DNA of 64,000 nucleotides from NCBI GenBank assembly GCA_048013815.1, contig CM106585.1, positions 18,662,001-18,726,000 on the forward strand, in the 5' to 3' direction. Below, piece by piece: positions 1 to 9,620 of the stretch (positions are counted from its first letter, which is position 1; each line of letters begins with the position of its first letter). Made by a program: the position numbers and the translations under genes. Source of the DNA: Setoptus koraiensis. Taxonomy: Eukaryota; Animalia; Arthropoda. Under the pieces are notes generated by a model. The model was not told the DNA's origin and did not search any database. It was given only the letters and a program-made list of their open reading frames with translations.

Positions 1-583
1 GCGCTGTGGCGCCAACATGTATCACATCAAAGGGAGCCTCTTGGGCGAGACCAACACGTCCGTCCCCAGTTACAAATTTCAGGCGTCCTGACTGTAATAA
101 GCCTGGCTGATCCTTCTCTACGTTTGCTTTCGATCTACTGACTAGCTCAGGTATATGCTCTATACCAAATACTTGACCATTTGGTTCAGTCATTAGAGCC
201 ATACAGGCCGTCAAGTAACCTGAGCCAGAGCCCACGTCCAGAACTTTGGCCTCGGAATGAAGATGATCCCTAAGTACCTCCAGAGCTTTGGCATGCATGT
301 GAGGGGCAGATATGGTTGCATTGTAACCAATTTGTATTGGCGTGTCCTCATAGGCATTGTTGGGGCAATAGTTGGCACGATCTACTTTTAGCATAGTCCT
401 TTCAACGAGGGCATCTTCTATTAGTCCCTTTACTTGAGTATGTGAATGGCAAGAATGGTTTTGGAATGAGTTTCGTCTTGTTTGTATCTCCCTTTCGAAA
501 CGAAGCTGATTGTTTCAATTCTACTTACGCTTGAGATTCTCAACAAGATCCTTGAGAGTTTTACCTGCCTGATATAGCGCCAT
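1..583 (-). CDS. PCMT1: Protein-L-isoaspartate O-methyltransferase, 5' part (exon 1 583-529, exon 2 432-<1; runs off the left edge)
   Basis: Manual translation gives MALYQAGKTLKDLVENLK|LKGLIEDALVERTMLKVDRANYC...TISAPHMHAKALE...VLDVGSGSGYLTACM...GIEHIPEL...VTGDGRVGLAQEAPFDVIHVGAT, with the SAM-binding LDVGSGSG and PIMT motifs. GTAAGT donor at 528, AAG acceptor at 433. Missed by the ORF track. Confidence 0.95.
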
Positions 584-781
584 TGTAGTTGGAATAAACA
601 ATCAATATCTAGCTTCACGAACCAAAAAGTTGAAACAACTGTTTCGATGTAACCAACGAAGAGAGGCCGGGCGAGCCCGCTCCAAAGGAAACCTAACATT
701 TCTGATTTTTTTTTTCATCGTGTTCAGAATCTCATGTTTCTAGTACTGGCCGATAGGGGGCCTCTTGCTTGTGTGACTTAG

Positions 782-1089
782 TGTTCGGGCAGCAAGGGCA
801 GCACATGCGGACTTATGAGAGGATCTTTCTCACAAGAGGGTATAACAGATTTCCTTAAAGACCTTTCCTATGGTCATGGCAAGAGTGCTCCCTTTAAGGG
901 TGCCAAACTTCCCAAGATTGTCAAGTCTGAGGAATGGGACGGGAAGGATCTTGTGGTAAGTTGATCGTGTCGGCATTTTATACCATTTTATACTCTTTCC
1001 TACTCATTACTCGACTGAACTGTTTATTCTTGTCTTCTCTTTGATCTCGTCCCATTGAATAGTTGCCCACTCTAGACGATGAACTTTAG
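782..1089 (+). CDS. PDIA6: C-terminal two exons (782-955, 1063-1089) of a PDIA6/P5-like protein disulfide isomerase; upstream exons not seen
   Basis: Translation is ...GLMRGSFSQEGITDFLKDLSYGHGKSAPFKGAKLPKIVKSEEWDGKDLV|LPTLDDEL*, matching the PDIA6 tail (LLxGSFSExGIxEFLRxLSxGRG...WDGxD.LP) with a DDEL ER-retention signal. GTAAG donor at 956, TAG acceptor at 1062, AATAAA near 1147. The exon start at 782 is tentative. Confidence 0.7.
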
Positions 1090-1267
1090 AAGTGGGAGGT
1101 ATTATTGCCTTTCAATTCCCTAACACACACTTTTTTATATTGTATTAATAAAAAGAATGAGAAGACATCTCATCGAGAACAATTAATTGGTATTATATTT
1201 TTATTTTATTGTGATTATGTTGTTTTGCGATGATACCCATCACAGACTACCACGTTATTTCATTTGT

Positions 1268-2637
1268 TTATTTTCCTTTCTTCGCTTTGATTTTACGATG
1301 GTAGAATTCCAGCTCTTTTCCTTCAAGGATGTAGCCGTCGGCACGACCGACTTGACCTGGTCTAGATGCTATACAGGCTGTTTAAGAATAGCGAGTAGAC
1401 AGATGTGGGTTAGTAAAGGGTCAATACATCAAGAGACATTGCTGACTATTATCATTTGAAGTATCTTCAGGGTAACTATGAAATCATCACTAGCGTAGCT
1501 GCTTAAGTGAGAGAGTATGTTTTCATCATCAGATTTTTTTCTGTTCCCCATTTAACGAAGCAGGGAGACTTACCAAGTAGCTTTCCAGAGCTGAATTGCT
1601 CTTCGAGAAGTGTCTCGATTGAGGCAGTCTTCTGCCTTTTGTTGAACTTCCTCATCAAACTTTTGCTTCCTTTCTTTTCTATCTTGGCCTTGGTAGCTGC
1701 GGCCTATGCACATTTGGGGGAAATGGTATGAGGAGAAATTAGCTTTTTACGTCTTGAAGAATTCAATATAATCGCATATTATAGTAGTGCCTCAGAAGAG
1801 TATACAATTTGTCATCAGAACAGCTCAGCCGAAAGATGGTGAATTTGTATCTTATTCATCATTGAATGAGCAGGTTCAAATCAATGAGGCAATGTTGGAG
1901 TTCAACTTACCTGACGAGCATTCTTGCGTTTACCAAGAGGAAGGGCATAATGAGACTCGTACCATAGACGGAATGGTGCTGAGTCAACTAAAACTATACA
2001 GTTTTTGACCAAGGTTTTAGTACGTACTAACTCATTGTTACTTGAATTGTAGACTACGTCGATGATTCTAGCCTTCCTTGTACAATCTGCGAATGAGTTG
2101 TTGGACAGAGGAATGTATAAGATACTTAATGAACGTGCAAAGGAGAAACACGGCAAAATTGCGGTGGCAGACAGATATTCCGATGGTACTATGAAACGGG
2201 GGCATTTGGTACTTACGTTCAGATGCCCAGGCGAAATTTCCATGGTTCAATCTCAAAGCACGCTGTTTCATGTTACCTCCTCTAACTCTTACAGTCCTTA
2301 CGCGACGTACACCAATCTGTTGATATGAAAGAAAATTGCGGAATTGTATGAATTAGTTGTTGCCCATAGATATATTCCAAGTCATCAGATTATTTAAAAT
2401 ATTCAATTAAAATTGTTAATCCACCTTTGTCATAGCAGCTGGCCTTCCCAATTCGAATTTCCTCTTCATACGGATTGGTTTCCTTTTACCTCCGGTGGCA
2501 CGTCTTTTGTGCCAATGATCTTGAGAAATACCTGTATCATGGCAAATATGTATGAAGATATCAGGATTAGTAAATAGTACACTTGATATAGATTTCTTAA
2601 TTGTAATAGAAAAGATTATTATGACAAGCTTACCCAT
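1268..2637 (-). CDS. RPS8: 40S ribosomal protein S8 (eS8), 208 aa, 6 exons: 2637-2634, 2531-2425, 2316-2217, 2086-1911, 1703-1574, 1377-1268
   Basis: [37 protein letters not shown]|[23 protein letters not shown]...[26 protein letters not shown]...[36 protein letters not shown]. All introns are GT-AG and the exons sum to 627 nt. Confidence 0.98.
1463..1535 (-). ncRNA. SNORD46: Box C/D snoRNA in RPS8 intron 5, U46/SNORD46 (yeast snR63)-like
   Basis: Box C ATGATGA (1529-1523), C' GTGATGA, box D CTGA (1470-1467), terminal stem ATCT/AGAT. The D-guide TCATAGTTAC is complementary to the conserved LSU helix-69 sequence GUAACUAUGA. The +5 rule gives the A equivalent to yeast Am2256 (target assignment from memory). 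Confidence 0.75.
1788..1867 (-). ncRNA. Box C/D snoRNA in RPS8 intron 4, U51/U32A (yeast snR39/snR59)-type guide
   Basis: Box C ATGATGA (1862-1856), D' CTGA (1828-1825), C' TGATGA (1817-1812), D CTGA (1795-1792). The 15-nt D' guide TTCACCATCTTTCGG (1843-1829) is perfectly complementary to the conserved LSU sequence CCGAAAGAUGGUGAA. The +5 rule gives the A equivalent to yeast Am807. Confidence 0.9.
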
Positions 2638-2670
2638 ATTTGTTTGATTTTATTTATGTCCTGTTGATTT

Positions 2671-2679
2671 AAAGGAAAG
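2671..2679 (-). promoter_or_regulatory. TCT/5'TOP-like pyrimidine initiator of RPS8
   Basis: CTTTCCTTT on the minus strand ~35-40 nt upstream of the RPS8 ATG. Ribosomal protein genes typically initiate in such tracts. Confidence 0.4.
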
Positions 2680-3002
2680 CGATTCTCTAAGGTAATTTTT
2701 TATAATAATTAGACATTAATAAGAAGACAATTTGATGATATGGATGGTCTGGTCCTGCCGGCGCTTCGATATACGGGCCAATGTTAACAAATGCTTCTTC
2801 CGCTGTTTCACACGCCTCGCAACATGCATGTAGCGAGAAAGAACTCACGCACTATGAATGCGCATTGGGTTGTGCGCAGTTCCGCGAAATTTAAACATTT
2901 TTCGGGAAGTAATGATTGAGGAGGCAACCTTGTGCAGGTGTTCTAGAACAGCTCCCGGCCTCGGCCGAGATCAGGGGGCTAACTTAATCTATAACGGGCA
3001 GC

Positions 3003-6000
3003 TCACAAACTGTCTCTCCATACTCTATCATGATTCAAGATATCTAAACTATCACTTATTAATCTACGCGTCGCATACGTTCCATCATCATCTGATGATA
3101 ATGATGGTGACGATGGTGGAGGTGGTGTTGATGGTGGTGATTGTGATGACGGTGATGATGGTGGAGATGGTGTTGATGGTGGTGATTGTGAAGATGGTGA
3201 TGATGGTGGTGATGGTGATGATGGTGGTGATGGTGGCGGTGGTGATGATGATGGTGGTGGCGGTGGTGATGATGATGGTGGTGGTGGTGGTGGTGGTAGT
3301 GATGATGATAATGATGATGATGATGGTACATTATTCGAACTCGCATCATTTGGACTTGCGATAATTGGACCATCGTTTGAATCAGAATCAACAAAACCTT
3401 CCAAAACGTTATTAACTGATTGAGTAGCTTGCTCGAATTGTGTATCCATCATCTCATCTTCTTCAATATCGAACAAATTTTCTTGAGAGCTGCTGTTTGA
3501 CATTGCTGATCTGAATGATCCATCGTTATCAGATAAGTTGTCCTGATCATTTCTAGAAGCAAAGTCAACACTTTCCAAGACACTTGTGTTCAAACCTCTG
3601 AGTTCTTCTCTCCAATCGAACAAGCCATTAGAACTGGATCGTTCAAATTGCGTAGATGCCTGTGTAAGTGATGCATCTTCCATCATATTGAAATTGGAGC
3701 AGTTATGTAACTTTTCAAAGAGTTCTCTTAACATGGGTTCAATTGTCTCATCTCTCTCGGTATTTCTCGAATCTACAATTAGTAGTAGGTCTCGCATCTG
3801 AAGGATATTATTCAGCATTTCGAATATAAAAGGATTTTTAAACGATTGATCAAATATGGCCATAAGAATGGCGCATGATTTCTTTCTATTCGAACACTCT
3901 TTATGATTGATTAATTGTTTCCAGAGAGTGTCTATCAGACTTCCTAACAGAGGATTGTACCTTATTAAGTTAGAATGATTAGATTGTTCTTGTAGAAGAA
4001 GTGAAAATATATTTCCAGCGATATCGTTAGCAATCATCTCTTCGTTGGCGCATAAGGCCTGTATAAAATAACTGATAGCACTTAGCCACTCGTCGCTGAA
4101 ATCTTCACCTAGACTTATCCTAGCTAAAGCATCCCTCAAAGTAATGAATGCCAGCTTTATCAACCCATCACTACGGGATCTTAGCCATCTTACAACATTC
4201 ATTAAGTGTTCATGTAAATTGCAAAAACTGATGTTGTTGTCGGCACTATGGTATTTATGAATTGATTCTTGAGATTGATAAAGGCGTAAGTTGAAGAAGT
4301 ATAGCGCTGCACTATCGGTTGTCTCATCTGGTTCTGCATTGAATGCAGTCAAGGAATTTTTGATGTCGTAGAACACAGCAACTTTAATGTAATTTGTATA
4401 CCTGCTATTATTACGTAGATGATCATAATCTAGGATTAAAGTGAAAAAACTGTTGGCATACTTGAGCACTTTCTTAGATAGTTGATCGAGTTCCCCGTCC
4501 ACGGAATATAGCGGCTTTGCATAAGAGCAAACCAATTTCACCAAGTTGAGCTCTATCCTTAACGAACCTCTTGAAAACTCTCTGTTATCCCAAAAAAGAC
4601 ATAATAGCGCTATCAGACTATTGATTTGTTCCTTAGAGTTCAAGTCATAGTTCGATCTCTCGCCATTCATAAATGCATTATATAATATATCTGGCAATGA
4701 GTTGAATAACATATCAGTAAATTCGGATGTTGTTTGAGATAGATAGAGAGTTCTTTCATGTCGCAAGATATGATCAACCAATTCCACAGCTTCTTTTTGT
4801 GTCGTTAGGCATTCCCTGAATAAACGAGAAACCTCTTGGCTCGAAATAACCAGCTCTATAAAACTCTGTAAGAAGCCAGAATCTTTCAATCGGGACCAAT
4901 CCAGGGTAGAGCCTCTGAGTATATAGATACCGGCTTCAGTTAAGAATGTCGCAGATTGTAGACACCACGTTAGGCTGACGAAATCGGATGATAATATTCT
5001 AGCCACAATTTGGACGTCAGTTTCTCTCCAGTAATTGATGAATAGACTATTAAAAGTATGTAGAGAAGTTGGGCTTTCTATAGGGGTTGACAGGTATGCG
5101 GTAAGAAATGTTAGGTACTTTACAAGTCTTAGACCTAATCTTGTGAGATCATCATTGAAAAAGAAGAATTGACTCAGAACCTCGAAAATATCCGATTTGT
5201 TTACAAATTTAGATCCTAGCTTGATTCCATGATAGTTGATAGATGAATAGCAGAAAATTTGCTGTAAATTGTCGGATTGGCTTGATATCTGGGCATTCAT
5301 TTCACTATTGTTGATTAATATTTCTATGTTACGATCTAATTGTAGATCGTCTGGCAATTCCTCCAAATCTACAATATAAATCACCAAGTGATAGAGAAAA
5401 TCTTGTATTGTGGAATCTAGCTGATGTCTCTCATATACGTCCTGATGCTGTTGCACGTTATTTTTTATGTCTAGTATGACTTGTAAGATGTCTTGGCGAA
5501 ATATGTCTTCATAAATTTCATTCATCAGGACATCTTGAAAAAAATTTTTGTCCTTCTTTTTTAGCCTAAAAATTGTTACGATGGAGTTGAGAAGATTCTT
5601 GAAGAGTTCCGCCACAGGATCACTTAGGATGTAATTAGATCTCGTTATGATATTGATAATTGGCTTCAACGCATATTTGTGGATAAAATTGAAGCAAATC
5701 AATCGTCCAATACAAAAATCACGTTTCCATATTGGATCAACTGTTGACACAGAATTGTTGAATACACATTCTGAGATATCCTTTAGCTCTAGATTACTGA
5801 TAAGTTCGACATAAGTTGATGCCAAAACGATGCGCCTTGATAGCAAAACTAGCTCGTCGTTGTTTCGTTCCAGGTCAATTTTTTTTGAGCACTCCAGAAA
5901 CTTCTTAGTCGCATCCCAGATCATGGATATCGGTACCGGTGTGATTGCAACATTAGATTTGATAAGGCAGCTGAAAATCTTGATGAGAGATAATTGGTAC

Positions 6001-6959
6001 TTATTATAATTAGTTTCATGGCGTCTCATTTCCCTAAGAAAACAGAGGAAATCCCAGAAGAAATTTTCGTTGATGGCATAAATACTATCAAGGAGAATTT
6101 CACAAATGCTTAGAGTTAACTTGCAGATTCGCTCTTGGTTTTGATATTTTTCTGCTCTGTTGAGCAAAATCTCAGCCATTTTTAAAGGCTGCCTAAATGA
6201 TATTTTGCAATCTTGGACGCACGCCCTATAGAATTTAAGTATGTGAATCACGAGGTCCGTTTCACTGGTCTCTTTGAGCATGTTTTGTGTTTCAGCAATT
6301 ATGTATGATTCATCAGTATCATTTGTGGATGAAGTTTTGAGCAACTCAATTAATCCGTCGGCTCTAGTCTCTATTAGCCGTAGGAGTAACTTGATCATCC
6401 AAGAGTTCGAAAGTATACTCGTGCCAGTATCACAGTACTTTCTGAATAGCTGACTAAATTTGTCAGTATTTTTAGTTATGAGTCTGCAGGCATAATCGCC
6501 AATCTGAGACATTTCGTGTATCAAATAGAGGATCTTCACTCTGTTGCACTCAATCCGGACATGTATTGCTGCTCGTATGATTGTTACGATCATCTTAGAT
6601 AATAGGTCACTCGATTCATTGGCTAATATTCGTTTGCATTGGTCATGTTTGACGATGGCGGTAAAAAGCAATGTGCTACGAATGAAGACTTGTTCATTGT
6701 TTGTGTCGTATCCGATCAGCATCTTCGTCATGAGTGGATCTAGGTTTTTAGAATAATATATGAATTAGTCAGTGGGTAAAAATGAAGGTACAATCGAGTT
6801 TACAAATGGTTACTTACAATTGTTTATCGCTAATGCGGCAAATGTTTCGTTAAATTTGATCATTATGGTTATCTGGTCAAGATCAGCCAGACATGTATCT
6901 ACACTTGTTGCACCGGATATTCTAGTGATCAGTGTATTGAATTCCGCGTTGTGGTCCAT
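3003..6959 (-). CDS. Uncharacterised ~1292-aa largely alpha-helical protein with acidic and Pro/Ser-rich C-terminus; 2 exons (6959-6818, 6739-3003)
   Basis: A 3.7-kb ORF. An upstream exon MDHNAEFNTLITRISG...ALAINN ends at a GTAAGT donor (phase 1). A 78-nt intron with a CTGACTAA branch-like motif and TAG acceptor joins it in frame (Y-P-L-MTKML...). No family recognised. Confidence 0.85.
3095..3325. repeat. GGT/GAT-rich coding low-complexity tract with a 45-bp duplication (3124-3168 / 3169-3213)
   Basis: Encodes PPPPSSS / SPPSSPSSQSPPSTP repeats on the minus strand. The two 45-bp units are 42/45 identical. Confidence 0.85.
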
Positions 6960-7422
6960 TGTTAATTAATAAATTGATATCGTAATAAATGCAACAAATG
7001 TAAATAAATTGATCATTGATTATAAAATGATTTTATACATAAATTGTTAAGTTCATCAAATAAATAAAATATGAAAAAGTTCGATGCCTCAAGGGAGCGG
7101 CGCAAAAAGTTCGCCGCCAGCACGTTGCAACTTGCAATACTTGCTCTGCTAGGGCTGTTGCTACAGTACTAAACGGTCTTCGCCGCAGCGTGGCGCTGCC
7201 ATTCGCGATCTTGGACATTTGCAACTGTGTAACAGCTGTATAGGTAGCTATAGAAAAAAGCCAGTCTATGCAACAACAAAGTTTTGTCACTGTTCATGAG
7301 AGTGAATTTCACAACCCCTTCTATGTATGTAATATGCTCGTGTTTTTCAAGCGCAATTTTTATTCAACGAAAGTTATGAGACCCATCGATCTTATTGGAT
7401 CGTTATGAATCATCTGTCTAGT

Positions 7423-7932
7423 CTATACACGGGCCGGTACCCACGTGAACATTGTGTCTCTCCATTTGTATCTTTTGATAGGTTCGAAGCGTTCGGGATG
7501 TTTGTCCACGTAGTCAACAAATATTGCATCTTTGTAGGCTCCTCTTTTGAGTGTCCATTTGAATACCAAGTCGCAGGCGTATCCAAAGGCGATACTAGCC
7601 AGCACAGGTCGATGCAATCGTGACATGAATGGCCTGGAGGTTTTGCTGCTGTGGTAGTAATGCGCTCCACAAACTGCCGCGGCCGACGTTAGGTATATCA
7701 AGAATCGCGTTCCAATGAACTCTTTGTATTCAGGGTGTCTGAACTTGAAGAAGGGGTCCTGGTAAGAGTATACTGGACCAAGTTTAGCCAATCCACGCCA
7801 TTTGTAATGCTCCGCATATCCTGACTCGTCTATCTTGAGCTCCTGTCTTAATTTCAGTGTCGCCTCGCTTGGCTCACTGTCATAATAGACCCTAGGTGTT
7901 AATTCAAAATTGTAATAGTCTACTTTGACCAT
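7423..7932 (-). CDS. NDUFC2: NADH dehydrogenase (ubiquinone) 1 subunit C2 (B14.5b), ~169 aa with N-terminal extension
   Basis: The C-terminal half RPFMSRLHRPVL...KDAIFVDYVDKHPERFEPIKRYKWRDTMFTWVPAR fits the NDUFC2 pattern (RP..SGLHR...RD..M..Y...HPEDF....K.Y.E....W.P.R). I prefer the ATG at 7932 to the non-ATG start at 8118. Confidence 0.85.
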   Translation of the reverse strand: MVKVDYYNFELTPRVYYDSEPSEATLKLRQELKIDESGYAEHYKWRGLAKLGPVYSYQDPFFKFRHPEYKEFIGTRFLIYLTSAAAVCGAHYYHSSKTSRPFMSRLHRPVLASIAFGYACDLVFKWTLKRGAYKDAIFVDYVDKHPERFEPIKRYKWRDTMFTWVPARV

Positions 7933-8069
7933 GATTTCTGTTGAATATCGATCTACCTCAGGATCAGGATGCAGAAAGGTGCTGTGATAATAGAGGTGAC
8001 TTTTGTCGATCACACATAACTGCAAACAGCTGAACGCATAGGTGCATTCCCACAGTCTGCTAACAAGAG

Positions 8070-8094
8070 AGGGTATTTCTGATGGGGGCGGGGC
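8070..8094 (+). promoter_or_regulatory. 25-bp promoter module AGGGTATTTCTGATGGGGGCGGGGC (GGTATTT element plus GC box)
   Basis: Lies between divergent NDUFC2 and the 87-aa ORF; 23/25 identical to 10003-10027. Confidence 0.6.
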
Positions 8095-8367
8095 AAATGT
8101 ATATTGCAGTAACTGCACTCGATTTGGGCAGCAAGCTCTTTTGTTAGAAGGACAGACTTTTTTTTCAATCGCGTGTAAACATCAAATTACAATAACATTT
8201 TATCTAAAAAATCCAAGGAGAAGATTGTTGAAATTAACCCCAACCTATCTACCACAATGTGGACGCTTCATTCTTTACAAAAACTGAGGCTTCCGTTGAA
8301 TGGGCCTAATCTAACTATTCACGCGATTAGATTATATTCGAAAGATACGACTACAACAAATAATACG

Positions 8368-8631
8368 ATGAAAGGTCAATCAGTTACCAAGGAGACAAAT
8401 TCTCCACCTAAAGCTAAATCTTCTTCGAAAAATACTAAACCCAGTTCTACTATGGACAGCAAGAAGGACGGTCAAGCCTCTCAAAAGCCCTCGCCAAAAC
8501 CAGTGGAAGAATTTAAACCAAAGCAGTTCGATTACAATTTTGCAAGCTTCTACGACATCTTGGCCAATGTTGATCATTTAAGATTGCCACAACCCTCTAA
8601 TAAGCAGCCATTAGTAAGCAATAAGAAATAA
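8368..8631 (+). CDS. Hypothetical 87-aa Lys/Ser/Pro-rich protein
   Basis: ATG at 8368. A disordered N-terminus is followed by the ordered-looking motif FKPKQFDYNFASFYDILANVDHLRLPQP. Divergent from NDUFC2 and convergent with PLEKHF2. Confidence 0.5.
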   Translation: MKGQSVTKETNSPPKAKSSSKNTKPSSTMDSKKDGQASQKPSPKPVEEFKPKQFDYNFASFYDILANVDHLRLPQPSNKQPLVSNKK

Positions 8632-8720
8632 ATGTATCAAAATTAGAAATAATGAATAACGAATGTCAGAACTGGGCGTTATTCTAGTCTTAATTCATCA
8701 AATTTATCACATGAGCTGAG

Positions 8721-9620
8721 TTAGCCTGGGACCGAAGTCTGAGCATCATCGTTGTAAAACGTCGGCTTTTGATTGATATCGATATCACCAAAGTTCCTAT
8801 CTAACTCATTCGTACCACCTGGATCACTGTCTCTTGATTCATCGTCCCTAGAATTTTTGCCATCATTCGAGTCTACGACGGTTGTCTCTGTTAGATCCCT
8901 GAAACAGAAATCACTTTACACAGAAAAAATAATCGCAATATTAATGAATATCTTCGAAAATATCGTTATAACGTAGTTCTATGAGCTAGAAATACAAATG
9001 AGTGATACTTACCAAACTCTAACTGGTTTATTGGATTGACTCGGTAATAAAAACTTATTCTTGGAACATGTATTACATATGCATTTACCACATTTCCTAC
9101 AGTGATGTTTCCTATTAATAACGTTAAACTGTGTTTTTTGACAGACCATGCAACAAGTAACTTCGGTGTCTGGAATCCATGGAGGGGCATAATTACTGTC
9201 TGGACGTTGTCCAGTTTGTGCAATACGCTGGTCAACACATTTCCTCATGTGGGCCATCCATTCGTATTTTTCTGTTGCGGTCGATGAGAATACAGCAAAT
9301 GATTTGGAGGGTGTCTTGATGAGCCAACCATTCTTGAGTTCAGAGGAATCTTCTATATCCTCAATTTGGATTTGTTCTAATGGTATTATTTTTTGTTGGC
9401 CAAATTTCTTTTTGGTCAGTATACTACCATAAACCAATATATCATTAAACAAAAAAACTTGCCTTGGTTTGGCTTTCTTTCGGCACATTTTAGTCAACGC
9501 TCCCTCGCCGACCAACACACGGCCTGGAGTTAAAAGTGGTGTCCCAAAACTACCGAAACAATGTTCGACGCGCCTGATACGTCTGGTATTCTCCTCTGAA
9601 TTCTTGAGTCTCTCTACCAT
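8721..9620 (-). CDS. PLEKHF2: Pleckstrin homology domain-containing family F member 2 (Phafin2), PH + FYVE, 266 aa; exons 9620-9013, 8913-8721
   Basis: N-terminal MVERLKNSEENTRRI..VE.CFG, PH domain (GRVLVGEGALTKMCRKK.K.RQ.FLFNDILVYG), FYVE domain (WIPD...C..C...RKHHCRKCG..IC..CS...VRVCDFC). Splicing at the AAG acceptor restores VCDFC. Confidence 0.95.

Noticed and set aside
2745-2985. Partial resemblance to RNase P/MRP conserved regions (GGATGGTCTG; AGATCAGGGGGCTAA)
   Set aside because: There is no complementary CR-I/P4 partner (GAAAGTCCCC-like) at a suitable position, so the matches are compatible with chance.
2858-3394. Poly-His and poly-Met/Val ORFs in the ORF track
   Set aside because: These are alternative-frame or antisense readings of the Pro/Ser repeat of the 1292-aa gene.
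7933-8118. 231-aa version of NDUFC2 starting at 8118
   Set aside because: It uses a non-ATG start and runs through the promoter module; the ATG at 7932 is more plausible.
9003-9013. ATACTTACC, resembling the U1 snRNA 5' end (also near 1905)
   Set aside because: It is simply the reverse complement of minus-strand 5' splice sites, and no U1 body follows.
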